Both the position numbers and the translations under genes were made by a program. Below are positions 1 through 9,207 of a DNA stretch of 64,000 bases, in pieces; position 1 is the stretch's first letter; the number at the start of each line of letters is the position of its first letter. The notes beneath the pieces are model-generated. The model was not told where the DNA came from. It did no database searches and worked only from the letters and a program-made list of their open reading frames with translations. Source of the DNA: an uncultured Acidobacteriaceae bacterium (GTDB lineage: Bacteria; Acidobacteriota; Terriglobia; Terriglobales; Acidobacteriaceae); the NCBI GenBank assembly GCA_963719575.1, contig CAVRCN010000004.1, positions 226,875 through 290,874 on the forward strand, in the 5' to 3' direction.

Positions 1-1
1 G

Positions 2-310
2 CCTCTTGTCGCGATTGAGCACGAAATTTCGCCTCAACCAGCGCGCGTCGGCCCCATTACTGTCACTCTCAAGTTGGCCGACGGCACCCGCGAACCTCTC
101 ACGGGAGCGCGCATCGCGATTGAGGCTGACATGTCGCACCCGGGCATGAGCCCCGGGTTCGCAGAGGCGAAAGAAACAGATCCTGGCCGCTATCAGGCTC
201 GCCTGGAGTTTCCGATGGCAGGTGACTGGGTTATCCTCCTCCATGTCACGCTGCCCGGCGGGAAGAAACTAGAACGGCAGTTCGAGGTGAGCGGAGTCCG
301 ACCCGATTAG
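2..310 (+). CDS. FixH/YtkA-like domain protein, C-terminal part (5' end outside window)
   Basis: Frame is open from the window edge to TAG at 308-310. The tail GPITVTLKLADG...MSHPGMSPG...GRYQARLEFPMAGDWVILLHV resembles the FixH/YtkA family by eye. Confidence 0.55.
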   Translation, partial: PLVAIEHEISPQPARVGPITVTLKLADGTREPLTGARIAIEADMSHPGMSPGFAEAKETDPGRYQARLEFPMAGDWVILLHVTLPGGKKLERQFEVSGVRPD

Positions 311-318
311 GCAAGCTG

Positions 319-783
319 TTGAATCCATCCTCCATCCCGGCCCCAGAGACGTCAGAGTCGCTTCCGTTCGATTTGATGCGAGTGCCGGGAGTGGGCCATT
401 TATTCCGCTGGCCTTATGCCCGCCCCGTGCTTCAGGCTCCGCTGCTCGTACTCAGTCTCGTGATGATCGTGCACGGATTGTTCGGGCCCTCCCTGGCGCC
501 CAAGAATCTGGCCACCACTTTGAGCTGGCTTCACTTTCGCGGGGTGCTGGTGCTTGTCCTGCTCTGCGCGGGGAATTTCTTCTGTCTTGCTTGTCCCTTC
601 ATGCTGGTGCGTCAATGGGCGCGCAAGGTCTTTAGACCTCGGTTCGACTGGCTGCGAGTCTTGCGCAACAAGTGGCTGTCGGTCGGTGTTTTTGTCCCGA
701 TTCTCTTTACGTACGAACTGTTCGATCTGTGGTCGTCGCCGTGGTGGTCGTCGCCTTGGTGGACGGCACCCAATCCCGCATAG
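319..783 (+). pseudogene. N-terminal fragment of a polytopic CxxCP-motif membrane oxidoreductase (FixG/NapH/NosR-like 4Fe-4S family), apparently truncated
   Basis: Hydrophobic segments plus NFFCLACPF motif. Ends at WSSPWWSSPWWTAPNPA* right after a 15-bp in-frame tandem duplication (730-759). The cytoplasmic Fe-S/FAD part expected in full-length relatives is absent. Confidence 0.4.
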
Positions 784-836
784 ATGCGGGCGATGGGAAC
801 GGTGCCGATTGACTTGCGATTGCCGAAACCTTTTCG

Positions 837-3800
837 ATGGAGACTATTTTCCTAATGCGCGTTGACTCGCACAGATCTCGCACCTCCGAAGTCCGTCTCC
901 GGCGCGCGGCTTCGTTGCTGCTTCTCGCAAGCATCGCCATCGTGCTCTCCGGTTGCCATTCCGGCCCCAGGCTTCCTGAGAAAGGATCCAAAGCCTACGC
1001 CAATGTTGTATCGGCATTCTATGTAGGTCTGGCGGCTCTACAGGTGGGCGATGACGTTCACGCCGAGAGCAAACTTTCTGAAGTAACTCAACTCGTGCCC
1101 AGCGAACCAGCGGGATGGGCGAATTGGGGAGTGCTGGCATTGCGTCAGAGGAACTATGGCGCGGCGGCGTACCGGCTCGAACGGGCGCGCGATCTGGCGC
1201 CACACAACGATCACATCTACGATTTACTGGGAATTCTTGAAAGCGATCGTGGCCATTCCGCGGAAGCCATCGCCAGCCTGCGGAAAGCGGTGGACCTGAA
1301 TCCGAAGAATCTGCGGGCAGCTTATGCGCTTGCAGAAGAAATCGAGCGGCAGGGCGATCCCAACAGCCAGGTGGAGTTTCAGAAAGTGATGCAGAAGATT
1401 CTGGCCGCGCAGCCAGACAATCTGGCCGCGTTGCTGGAGCTTGCCCGTGTTGCCGCAAAACGGGGCGATGCGCGCACACTGAAGTCGGCCGTAGCGCAGA
1501 TCGGCGCGCAATCCTCCACATGGCCTGCGGAAGTAAAGCAACAGCTCGCGGCAGTGCAAGCTGCGGAAGCCGGCACCGATTTACGCGCGGCCGCGACCCG
1601 AACCACTTTCCTGCGCAACGTGCTCATGCGCGTTCCCGAGTACCGCCAAAGTCTCTCCCTCATCAAGGCCCCCGCTGGTGAAGAAGCGCAGCCCTTCACT
1701 CATTTCGTGCGATTGGAATCTCCCGTGTTCAAGCCCGCGCCGGCAGACACGGCCATCCAATTCGCCCCTCAGCCGGTGGCGGATGCCGGCAATCGTCACT
1801 GGAATTGGATTGGAGCCATTCAACTCGGCAGCGCAGGTGCGCCTGTGATCGCTGAAGCCGACGGCCGCGAAGTGCGCCTGTCCACCGGCGCCACTCTTCC
1901 CTTCCCCGGCGGACCATCCCATATTCCGCCCACGCCTGAGGGCATTCTGCAAGTCGATCTCAACTACGACTTCAAAACTGATCTGGTGCTGGCGGGCGCG
2001 GGCGGCGTCCGTTTGTTTCGCCAGGATAGCCCGAGCGCATTCACCGACGTAACCACGCAGACCAGGTTACCGAAGCCGGTCACGAATGCCCGCTATACCG
2101 GCGCCTGGGCGGTTGACATTGAAGCGGACGGCGATCTCGATATCGTGCTGGGCGCGAACGAGGGATTACCGGTCGTGCTGAGAAACAATGGCGACGACAC
2201 ATTTCTGCCGATTCACCCTTTTACCGGAATCTCAGGCGTGCGCGGATTTGCCTGGGCTGATCTTGATGGCGACGGCAATCCCGACGCCGCCATCATCGAC
2301 AGTGTGGGACACCTTCACGTCTTTATGAATGAACGCCAGGGCCAGTTCCGGGAGCGCGCGCTGCCTGCTGGTCTGCCCGTCGTGAAGGCAATTGCAGTCG
2401 CTGATGCCAACAACGACGGAGTGCTCGATTTGTTGGCGGTGCAGGCGGATGGCGCCATCCTCCGAATTTCTGACAAGAACGATGGAGAAAGCTGGGAGAC
2501 GGCGGAGATTGCGAGGGTCCCGGACGCGCCCACAAATCTCGCGGGCGATGTGCACCTGCGCGTGGCTGATCTCGATAATAACGGAGCGCTCGATCTGCTT
2601 CTGGCTCCCACGGCACAGGCTTCCAATTCCAGCGCAGCCGGCGCGCTGATTTGGCTGGGCGACGACAATGGCAAATTCGTCTTGCTGGACCATCCCACGG
2701 GGCCGGCGCTGGTGTTTGCCGTGGCCGATTTGCTTGGAAACGGCAAGCTCGACCTGCTGGGTCTTTCCGCCGATGGACAAGCGGCGGAGGCCATAAATCA
2801 CGGATCGAAACATTATCACTGGCAAGTGGTCCGGCCGCACGCCGTACAAGCTGTGGGCGACCAGCGCATCAACCCGTTTGGTGTTGGCGGCGAGATTGAG
2901 GTTCGCTCCGGCCTGCTGGTACAGAAACAACCCATCACTGGCCCGCAACTTCATTTCGGTCTGGGTGACCAAACCGAAGCAGACGTCGTGCGCGTCGTTT
3001 GGCCGAACGGAACTGTTCGCGCCGAATTCGGAGTAAAAGCGGACATGGAGATTGTGACCGAGCAACGCCTGAAGGCGTCCTGCCCGTTCCTCTTCGCATA
3101 CAACGGGAAGCAGATGGAGTTCGTGAAAGACGCGGTACCCTGGGGCTCCGCAATCGGTTTGCGCATCAACACGCTTGGCTCCGCGCAAATCGCGGCGACC
3201 GGCGAATGGTACAAAATTGGCCGTGACCAGCTCGTGCCGCACGACGGCTATTACGACCTGCGCATCACGGCGGAATTGTGGGAAGTTTATTACTACGACT
3301 ATCTCGCGCTCATGGCGGTGGATCATCCCGTGGGCACGGAGATTTTTGTCGACGAGCGTTTCGTGATTCCGCCGTTGAAGCTTGGCCTCACCACCGTGAA
3401 CACGCCGCACAAGATTGCGCGGGCCATTGACGATACTGGCCACGATGTTACCGACATTGTCAGCACGCTCGACGGCAAAGCCCTTGCCAGCTTTGGCCGA
3501 GGCCAGTATCAGGGCATCACGCGCGATCACTATCTCGAAGTCGATCTCGGCGACGACGCGCCGAAAAGTGGTCCGCTGTATCTGATTGCGCAGGGATCGA
3601 TTCACGACACCGAGTCCTCGGTGAACGTAGCGATTACTCAGGGCACCCGCTGGCGCGCCCACGGGTTGAGTGTGGAAGTCCCGGACGGACACGGCGGCTG
3701 GGTTACCGCTCAGGATAATCTGGGTTTCCCGGCCGGCCGCAAGAAGACGATTCTTTTCAATCTGACGAACGTCTTTCGGCCCGGAACTCCGCGCCGCGTG

Positions 3801-4415
3801 CGTATCCGAACCAACCTGGAAATTTACTGGGATGCGATTCACTGGGCGCAGGGCGCGCCGGATGCGCCGCTGAAAACCGTGACTCTGAATCCCACCGTGG
3901 CCGATCTGCATTATCGCGGATATTCCGTCATGCACATGCCCGGAGCCGCGCGCGCGCCCGAGGTTCCCGATTACAACCGGCTTGAAGGGACCAAACAGCG
4001 TTGGCGCGATCTCATCGGCTACTACACCCGTTATGGCGACGTCCGCGAACTCGTTGACCGCATCGACGATCGTTACGTGATCGTAAATTCCGGCGACGAG
4101 TTGTCGCTGCGCTTTGCCGAGCAGCCACCTCCACCCGCAGGCTGGGTGCGCGATTTTGTCATCGTCGGCGACGGCTGGATCAAAGACGGCGACTACAATT
4201 CTACTTTCTCGAAAACCGTGCTGCCTCTGCCCTATCACGCGAAAAATGAATACACGACGCGCCCCCGCAGCCTTGAGGACGAGTGGGTCTACCGGCAACA
4301 TTCCGACGACTGGAAAACTTACCACACGCGCTATGTCACTCCTGAAGTCTTCAGGAACGCATTAAGGGATGAATCCGGCAGCGATGAAACCGGCAGGAGT
4401 GCAATCGGGAAATGA
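837..4415 (+). CDS. TPR + FG-GAP/VCBS repeat + ASPIC/UnbV lipoprotein (CRTAC1-like) with long C-terminal extension
   Basis: 1192-aa ORF with lipobox IVLSGC and N-terminal TPR-like helices. Repeated DxDxDGxxD motifs (VDIEADGDLDIVLG, ADLDGDGNPDAAI, ADANNDGVLDLLA, ADLDNNGALDLL). UnbV-like LHFGLGDQTEADVVRVVWPNG. Confidence 0.8.
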   Translation: METIFLMRVDSHRSRTSEVRLRRAASLLLLASIAIVLSGCHSGPRLPEKGSKAYANVVSAFYVGLAALQVGDDVHAESKLSEVTQLVPSEPAGWANWGVLALRQRNYGAAAYRLERARDLAPHNDHIYDLLGILESDRGHSAEAIASLRKAVDLNPKNLRAAYALAEEIERQGDPNSQVEFQKVMQKILAAQPDNLAALLELARVAAKRGDARTLKSAVAQIGAQSSTWPAEVKQQLAAVQAAEAGTDLRAAATRTTFLRNVLMRVPEYRQSLSLIKAPAGEEAQPFTHFVRLESPVFKPAPADTAIQFAPQPVADAGNRHWNWIGAIQLGSAGAPVIAEADGREVRLSTGATLPFPGGPSHIPPTPEGILQVDLNYDFKTDLVLAGAGGVRLFRQDSPSAFTDVTTQTRLPKPVTNARYTGAWAVDIEADGDLDIVLGANEGLPVVLRNNGDDTFLPIHPFTGISGVRGFAWADLDGDGNPDAAIIDSVGHLHVFMNERQGQFRERALPAGLPVVKAIAVADANNDGVLDLLAVQADGAILRISDKNDGESWETAEIARVPDAPTNLAGDVHLRVADLDNNGALDLLLAPTAQASNSSAAGALIWLGDDNGKFVLLDHPTGPALVFAVADLLGNGKLDLLGLSADGQAAEAINHGSKHYHWQVVRPHAVQAVGDQRINPFGVGGEIEVRSGLLVQKQPITGPQLHFGLGDQTEADVVRVVWPNGTVRAEFGVKADMEIVTEQRLKASCPFLFAYNGKQMEFVKDAVPWGSAIGLRINTLGSAQIAATGEWYKIGRDQLVPHDGYYDLRITAELWEVYYYDYLALMAVDHPVGTEIFVDERFVIPPLKLGLTTVNTPHKIARAIDDTGHDVTDIVSTLDGKALASFGRGQYQGITRDHYLEVDLGDDAPKSGPLYLIAQGSIHDTESSVNVAITQGTRWRAHGLSVEVPDGHGGWVTAQDNLGFPAGRKKTILFNLTNVFRPGTPRRVRIRTNLEIYWDAIHWAQGAPDAPLKTVTLNPTVADLHYRGYSVMHMPGAARAPEVPDYNRLEGTKQRWRDLIGYYTRYGDVRELVDRIDDRYVIVNSGDELSLRFAEQPPPPAGWVRDFVIVGDGWIKDGDYNSTFSKTVLPLPYHAKNEYTTRPRSLEDEWVYRQHSDDWKTYHTRYVTPEVFRNALRDESGSDETGRSAIGK

Positions 4416-6208
4416 CCCGCAACCGGATCGCTAGAGTGTTTCTGAGCCTCTTCTTTATAGCGCTGTTGGCTACTCCTTTCGTCATGAAGCGGATCTCGGA
4501 GGGTCGCGACGCCGACAGATCAAAGGCTGACGCAAAGACCGCGCTGGCTCGACACGGCTTTTATCTGGAAGAAGTCTCCCATGCGGCCGGTATTAATTTT
4601 ATCCATCAGTCTCCCAAGCTCGATCCCAAGCTGGATCCCATCATGCCGGAAGTTGCCTCCATGGGGGCATCCGTGTCGATCGTCGATTTCGATCGCGACG
4701 GCTGGCCTGACATCTATGTGACGAACAGCGCCATCGGCAGCAAGAACGCACTCTATCGCAACATGCATGACGGCACTTTTAAAGACGTGGCCGGCGAACT
4801 AGGCATTGCCGACGTCAACCAGCCCGGCACCGGAGTTTCCACCGGCGCGGTTTGGGGCGACTACGACAATGACGGATACGAAGATTTGTTCCTGATCAAG
4901 TGGGGCCGTCCCGAGTTGTTTCACAACAACCAGGGTCACGGCTTTACGCGCGTCACCGAGCAGGCAGGTCTGCCCCCGTGGATCAACGCGAACACAGCCA
5001 TCTGGTTCGACTACGACGGTGACGGACTCCTCGATCTTTTCGTCGGCGGCTATTATTCCGAAGATATCGACCTTTGGCATCTCACCACAACGCGCATCAT
5101 GCCTGACAGTTTTGAATACGCAAAGAATGGAGGCCGCAAATATTTATTCCACAATCTTGGCAACGGCAAATTCGAAGAGGTCAGCGCCAAGGTCGGCATC
5201 AACAGTCGCCGCTGGGCATTGGCCGCCGCCGCCGCGGATTTGCGCGGAACTGGACATCCGGATTTGTTTGTCGCAAACGATTACGGAGTGTCCGAACTCT
5301 ATTTCAATGACGGCAAGCGATTCCACGAGGTCGGCCAACAGACGGGCGTCGGCTTCGCCCCCAAAAGCGGTATGAATGCTGCCTTTGGCGATATTCTCAA
5401 TCAGGGCAGGTACGCCGTTTACGTTTCCAATATTTCGGAGGACGGGATCCTCATCCAGGGAAATAATTTATGGGTGCCGGAGGAAGGCACTGCGGGCGAT
5501 GCCGTCAAGTATCAGAACCTGGCCCGAGACTTTGGCGTAGAGCTCGGCGGATGGAGTTTTGGCGCGCAGTTCGGTGATCTGAATAACGACGGAACACTCG
5601 ACCTGTATCTGACGAATGGCTACATCTCGCTCGACCGAAATCGAAGTTACTGGTATGACTTTTCGAAAGTGGCTGGTGGAAACAGCACCATCATCGGCGA
5701 CGCGAAAAACTGGCCGGCGTTTGACGGACGCAGTTTGTCAGGCTATCAAAGCAAAAGAGTCTGGCTCAACGACGGCGCCGGCAAGTTCGTCGATGTCGCC
5801 CAGGCCGTGGGCGTGACCGACATCTACGATGGACGTTCCGTTGCCCTGGTCGATTTGTGGAATCGCGGTGTGCTCAACGTCGTTGTTGCCAACCAGAATG
5901 GACCGTTGCTCCTTTACAAGAATACGGTCGCGCCCCAGAACGAGTGGATGGAATTCGAGTTGGAAGGAACAACCAGTAACCGCAGCGCGATCGGCGCCCA
6001 AGTCACATTATTTTGGAACGGTCAAAAGCAGGTGCAGGAGGTTTCCGGCGGCAGCGGTTTCGCCGCGGAAAATGACCGGCGCCTGCATTTCGGTCTGGGC
6101 GCAAACCCACAGATCGACAAGGTCATAATTCGCTGGCCCTCCGGCAAACTTCAAACCATCGACAAGCCGGCACCGAATCAGCTGCATAAGATGAAGGAGC
6201 CCGCATGA
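4412..6208 (+). CDS. CRTAC1 family protein (FG-GAP/VCBS repeats + ASPIC/UnbV), N-terminal membrane anchor
   Basis: ATGA overlap with the upstream stop. Motifs VDFDRDGWPDIYV, GDYDNDGYEDLFL, FDYDGDGLLDLFV, GDLNNDGTLDLYL. C-terminal RSAIGAQVTLF...LHFGLG...IRWPSG. Confidence 0.85.
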   Translation: MTRNRIARVFLSLFFIALLATPFVMKRISEGRDADRSKADAKTALARHGFYLEEVSHAAGINFIHQSPKLDPKLDPIMPEVASMGASVSIVDFDRDGWPDIYVTNSAIGSKNALYRNMHDGTFKDVAGELGIADVNQPGTGVSTGAVWGDYDNDGYEDLFLIKWGRPELFHNNQGHGFTRVTEQAGLPPWINANTAIWFDYDGDGLLDLFVGGYYSEDIDLWHLTTTRIMPDSFEYAKNGGRKYLFHNLGNGKFEEVSAKVGINSRRWALAAAAADLRGTGHPDLFVANDYGVSELYFNDGKRFHEVGQQTGVGFAPKSGMNAAFGDILNQGRYAVYVSNISEDGILIQGNNLWVPEEGTAGDAVKYQNLARDFGVELGGWSFGAQFGDLNNDGTLDLYLTNGYISLDRNRSYWYDFSKVAGGNSTIIGDAKNWPAFDGRSLSGYQSKRVWLNDGAGKFVDVAQAVGVTDIYDGRSVALVDLWNRGVLNVVVANQNGPLLLYKNTVAPQNEWMEFELEGTTSNRSAIGAQVTLFWNGQKQVQEVSGGSGFAAENDRRLHFGLGANPQIDKVIIRWPSGKLQTIDKPAPNQLHKMKEPA

Positions 6209-7083
6209 GTCAGCCGACAAGCGCACCCGTCTTGCCTGCCCAATCACCGGGCCAGCCGCCTCATGCGTCCGGCCAGCGGAAGCCGCTGTTCAGTCTCGAC
6301 AACCGCTACATCGCTCCCGCTTTCATCACCTGCATTCTGCTGGCCGGGCATTTGTCGTTCGGCATTCTCGAGAGCTATCAGAAAACGCTGCTGGCGATCG
6401 TTACAAGTATTGTGCTCGAGCTCCTGCTCGGGCGAATTTTCTTTCAGAAGTGGCTACATCCCGCCAGCGCTTACATCACGGGCATCAGCGTCGGCATTCT
6501 GATTCGTTCGCCAGCGTTCTGGCCCTACGCACTGTGCAGCGCGATCTCCATCACATCCAAATATGTGTTGCGCGTGAAAGGACGCCATATCTGGAATCCC
6601 TCCAACTTCGGCATCTCTGTAATGCTGTTTCTGGCTGCCGAAACAGTGGCAACGCTGAGCATCCAGTGGGGCAACTATCTCTTGCCCATGCTGGTAATCT
6701 GGGCGCTTGGTTCCGTTATCATCTGGCGCTTGCGGCGCTTTCACATTACGGGAATCTATGTCGTATCGTTTATCGCGTTTGCATTCTTACGAAGCTGGAT
6801 GACGGGAAGCCCCTGGCAGTCGGAGATTGCGCCAATCACCGGCCCCATGTATCAACTGTTTATTTTCTTCATGATTACGGATCCAAAGACCACAGTCCGG
6901 TCGCGACGAGGCCAATGCGTGGTTGTTTTCCTGGTAGCGCTGTTTGAAATGGTGCTGCGCCTGTACCAGATTGTCTACGCGCCTTTTTATGCGCTCTTTA
7001 TTGTGGGCCCGGCCGCGATGCTGATCGAAATCTGGCTGGATTCGCGGCGCGCGAAATCTGCGAAGCTAACGGTGGCGCAGTGA
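6205..7083 (+). CDS. solo RnfD/NqrB-like polytopic membrane protein
   Basis: ATGA overlap with the upstream stop. Multiple TM segments. HIWNPSNFG (compare HxFNPA of RnfD/NqrB) and FFMITDPKTT (compare FxxTDPxT). No other Rnf/Nqr subunits nearby. Confidence 0.6.
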   Translation: MSQPTSAPVLPAQSPGQPPHASGQRKPLFSLDNRYIAPAFITCILLAGHLSFGILESYQKTLLAIVTSIVLELLLGRIFFQKWLHPASAYITGISVGILIRSPAFWPYALCSAISITSKYVLRVKGRHIWNPSNFGISVMLFLAAETVATLSIQWGNYLLPMLVIWALGSVIIWRLRRFHITGIYVVSFIAFAFLRSWMTGSPWQSEIAPITGPMYQLFIFFMITDPKTTVRSRRGQCVVVFLVALFEMVLRLYQIVYAPFYALFIVGPAAMLIEIWLDSRRAKSAKLTVAQ

Positions 7084-8963
7084 TTGCGGACACACGTGGA
7101 TTTACTTTTTTCGAGCTGCAACGTTTGTTCACTGGCGCACTGTTGCTGGCCGTCCTCGCCGGATTGGCGAGTTGCAAACCGGGGCAATCTACCACGCACC
7201 AAGCTTTTTCGCCGGCTACAACTCCTGTCCTCCCGCCGTCAGCGTCGGCATCCGCTGCTCCGCCCCCGGACACGCATGCCAAACCCGCCCGTCCTTCCGG
7301 TCCAATCGAGTTTACAGACGTAACCGCCCAGGCCGGCATTCACTTCAAACACAACAGCGGGGCTTTCGGAAAGAAATATCTTCCCGAGACCATGGGCAGC
7401 GGCGTCTGCTTTCTCGACTACGACAATGACGGCTGGCAGGATATTCTGCTGGTCAATTCAATGGACTGGCCCGGGCATAAGTCGGGCAAGTCGTTCCCTG
7501 CTCTCTATCACAACAATAAGGATGGCACGTTCACGGATGTCACGCGGCAAGCCGGCCTTGCGGTTGAAATGTACGGGCTCGGCTGCGCGGTTGGCGACTT
7601 TGACAATGACGGCAATGTAGATATTTACATTACCACCGTGGGTTCCAACCATCTCTTTCGTAATTTAGGGAATGGCAAGTTTGCCGACGTCACGGCCAAG
7701 GCAGGAGTGGCCGATCCAGGATTTTCCGCCAGCGCCGTGTGGTTTGATTACGACAACGACGGCAAGCTGGATCTTTTCGTCGCCCACTACATCGACTGGT
7801 CCATCGAGACCGATCAATACTGTTCGCTCGACAACAAAAACAAGTCTTATTGCACTCCGCAGAGATACAAAGGCCAAAGCTCCACTCTGTTTCACAACAA
7901 GGGCGACGGAACTTTCGAGAACGTAACGCGGCGCGCCGGTCTCTACGATCCCACCAGCAAATCCCTTGGCGTCGCGCTGCTGGATTATGACAACGATGGC
8001 TGGCTCGATCTTTTCGTTTCCAACGACACCGAACCCAACAAGCTCTATCGCAACAATCACGACGGCACCTTCACAGATGTCGCGGTACCCGCCGGCGTGG
8101 CCTACAGCGAAGCCGGCACCGTGCGCGCCGGCATGGGCACCGATGCGGCCGATTACGACAGCTCCGGATGGCAAAGCCTGGTGATCGGCAACTTCACCAA
8201 CGAGGGGATGGCCCTTTACCACAACGACGGTTCGGGCTTGTTCACGGACGAAGCCCCCGCAACTGGCCTCAAGCGGATCTCCACGCAGTCGCTCACCTTC
8301 GGCACTTTCTTTTTTGATTATGATCTCGATGGCCTGCCCGATATTCTCGCCGTCAACGGCCACGTCTCCGACGACATCAGCGTAGTGCAACCCAACGTCA
8401 AGTATGCGCAACCGCCTCATCTTTTTCGAAACCTGGGCAAGAACAAATTTGAAGAAGTGACAACGACACTCGGCCCCGCGCTGCAAAGGGCAATCGTGGG
8501 TCGAGGCGCGGCTTACGGAGATTTTGACAATGACGGCGATCTGGATTTATTGATCACCGCCAACAACGGGCCCGCACGCCTGCTGCGCAACGACAACGGA
8601 AACCAGAATGACATGCTGCGAGTGAAGACTGTGGGCACACGATCGAATCGCGATGGCATAGGCGCGAAGGTCACGGTCACTACCAACACGGGAGCTCGCC
8701 TTTTCGGCATGGTGAAAACAGGTTCAAGCTACTTATCTCAAAGCGAATTGCCGCTCACCTTCGGTCTCGGCAAACCGCAAGCTGGCAAAACTGTGAGATT
8801 GGAGATTGTTTGGCCCAGCGGCCAGAAGGATAGCTTTCCAGACGTTAAGCCGAATCACTTCATCACGGTGAAAGAAGGTATAGGAATTATTTCGGCCCAA
8901 CCCATTGTCTTCGCCAGAGGCGGGTCTCCTCAGTCTTCAACTTTGGCCTCCCCGCGAAAATAA
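7080..8963 (+). CDS. CRTAC1 family lipoprotein (FG-GAP/VCBS repeats + ASPIC/UnbV)
   Basis: GTGA overlap with the upstream stop. Lipobox LAGLASC. Motifs LDYDNDGWQDILL, GDFDNDGNVDIYI, FDYDNDGKLDLFV, LDYDNDGWLDLFV, GDFDNDGDLDLLI. C-terminal RDGIGAKVTV...LTFGLG...IVWPSG. Confidence 0.85.
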   Translation: MIADTRGFTFFELQRLFTGALLLAVLAGLASCKPGQSTTHQAFSPATTPVLPPSASASAAPPPDTHAKPARPSGPIEFTDVTAQAGIHFKHNSGAFGKKYLPETMGSGVCFLDYDNDGWQDILLVNSMDWPGHKSGKSFPALYHNNKDGTFTDVTRQAGLAVEMYGLGCAVGDFDNDGNVDIYITTVGSNHLFRNLGNGKFADVTAKAGVADPGFSASAVWFDYDNDGKLDLFVAHYIDWSIETDQYCSLDNKNKSYCTPQRYKGQSSTLFHNKGDGTFENVTRRAGLYDPTSKSLGVALLDYDNDGWLDLFVSNDTEPNKLYRNNHDGTFTDVAVPAGVAYSEAGTVRAGMGTDAADYDSSGWQSLVIGNFTNEGMALYHNDGSGLFTDEAPATGLKRISTQSLTFGTFFFDYDLDGLPDILAVNGHVSDDISVVQPNVKYAQPPHLFRNLGKNKFEEVTTTLGPALQRAIVGRGAAYGDFDNDGDLDLLITANNGPARLLRNDNGNQNDMLRVKTVGTRSNRDGIGAKVTVTTNTGARLFGMVKTGSSYLSQSELPLTFGLGKPQAGKTVRLEIVWPSGQKDSFPDVKPNHFITVKEGIGIISAQPIVFARGGSPQSSTLASPRK

Positions 8964-8994
8964 AATGATGCCTGGCTCTTAGGTCCGCCGGTCA

Positions 8995-9207
8995 CTAGCT
9001 CAGTCTCGCGAGAATCTCTTTTTGATTCTCAACGATCGTCTGGAGGGCTCCCTGGTTCTTGAGAATTCCCGTCTGATTCTTCAGAATGCTTGCCTGATTC
9101 TTCTTGATGGCGGTCTGATTCGCACGAAGTTCAGCCTGATTGGCGATGATGGTCTTCTGATTCTTGATAATAGCCTTCTGATTCGCGATCACTTTGCTTT
9201 CTGACAT
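8995..9207 (-). CDS. 70-aa heptad-repeat (xNQxxIx)x7 coiled-coil-like mini-protein
   Basis: ATG start with GGAGG 11 nt upstream. Seven tandem heptads with invariant Asn-Gln. The variable codons differ between units, which suggests peptide-level constraint. Confidence 0.55.
   Translation of the reverse strand: MSESKVIANQKAIIKNQKTIIANQAELRANQTAIKKNQASILKNQTGILKNQGALQTIVENQKEILARLS
9052..9198. repeat. 21-bp periodic tandem array (coding repeat of the NQ-heptad ORF)
   Basis: CTGATT/CTGGTT recurs at 9052, 9073, 9094, 9115, 9136, 9157 and 9178, exactly 21 bp apart. Confidence 0.85.

Noticed and set aside
2232-4325. 697-aa ORF antisense to the TPR/FG-GAP gene
   Set aside because: It lies fully inside a well-supported sense gene. 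The composition is Arg/Gly/Ala/Val-rich and low in complexity, with no recognisable motifs. This is the typical long antisense open frame of a GC-rich, codon-biased gene.
9052-9198. Possible CRISPR array or non-coding satellite
   Set aside because: The period is 21 bp with no repeat/spacer alternation and no cas genes. The array is in frame with an ORF whose conserved positions map to two codons per unit.
9022-9204. 60-aa plus-strand mirror ORF of the NQ-heptad gene (..LILQNACLILLDGGLI..)
   Set aside because: It starts with TTG and has no visible RBS. The minus-strand frame has ATG plus GGAGG and an invariant dipeptide per repeat. This cannot be fully excluded without expression data.
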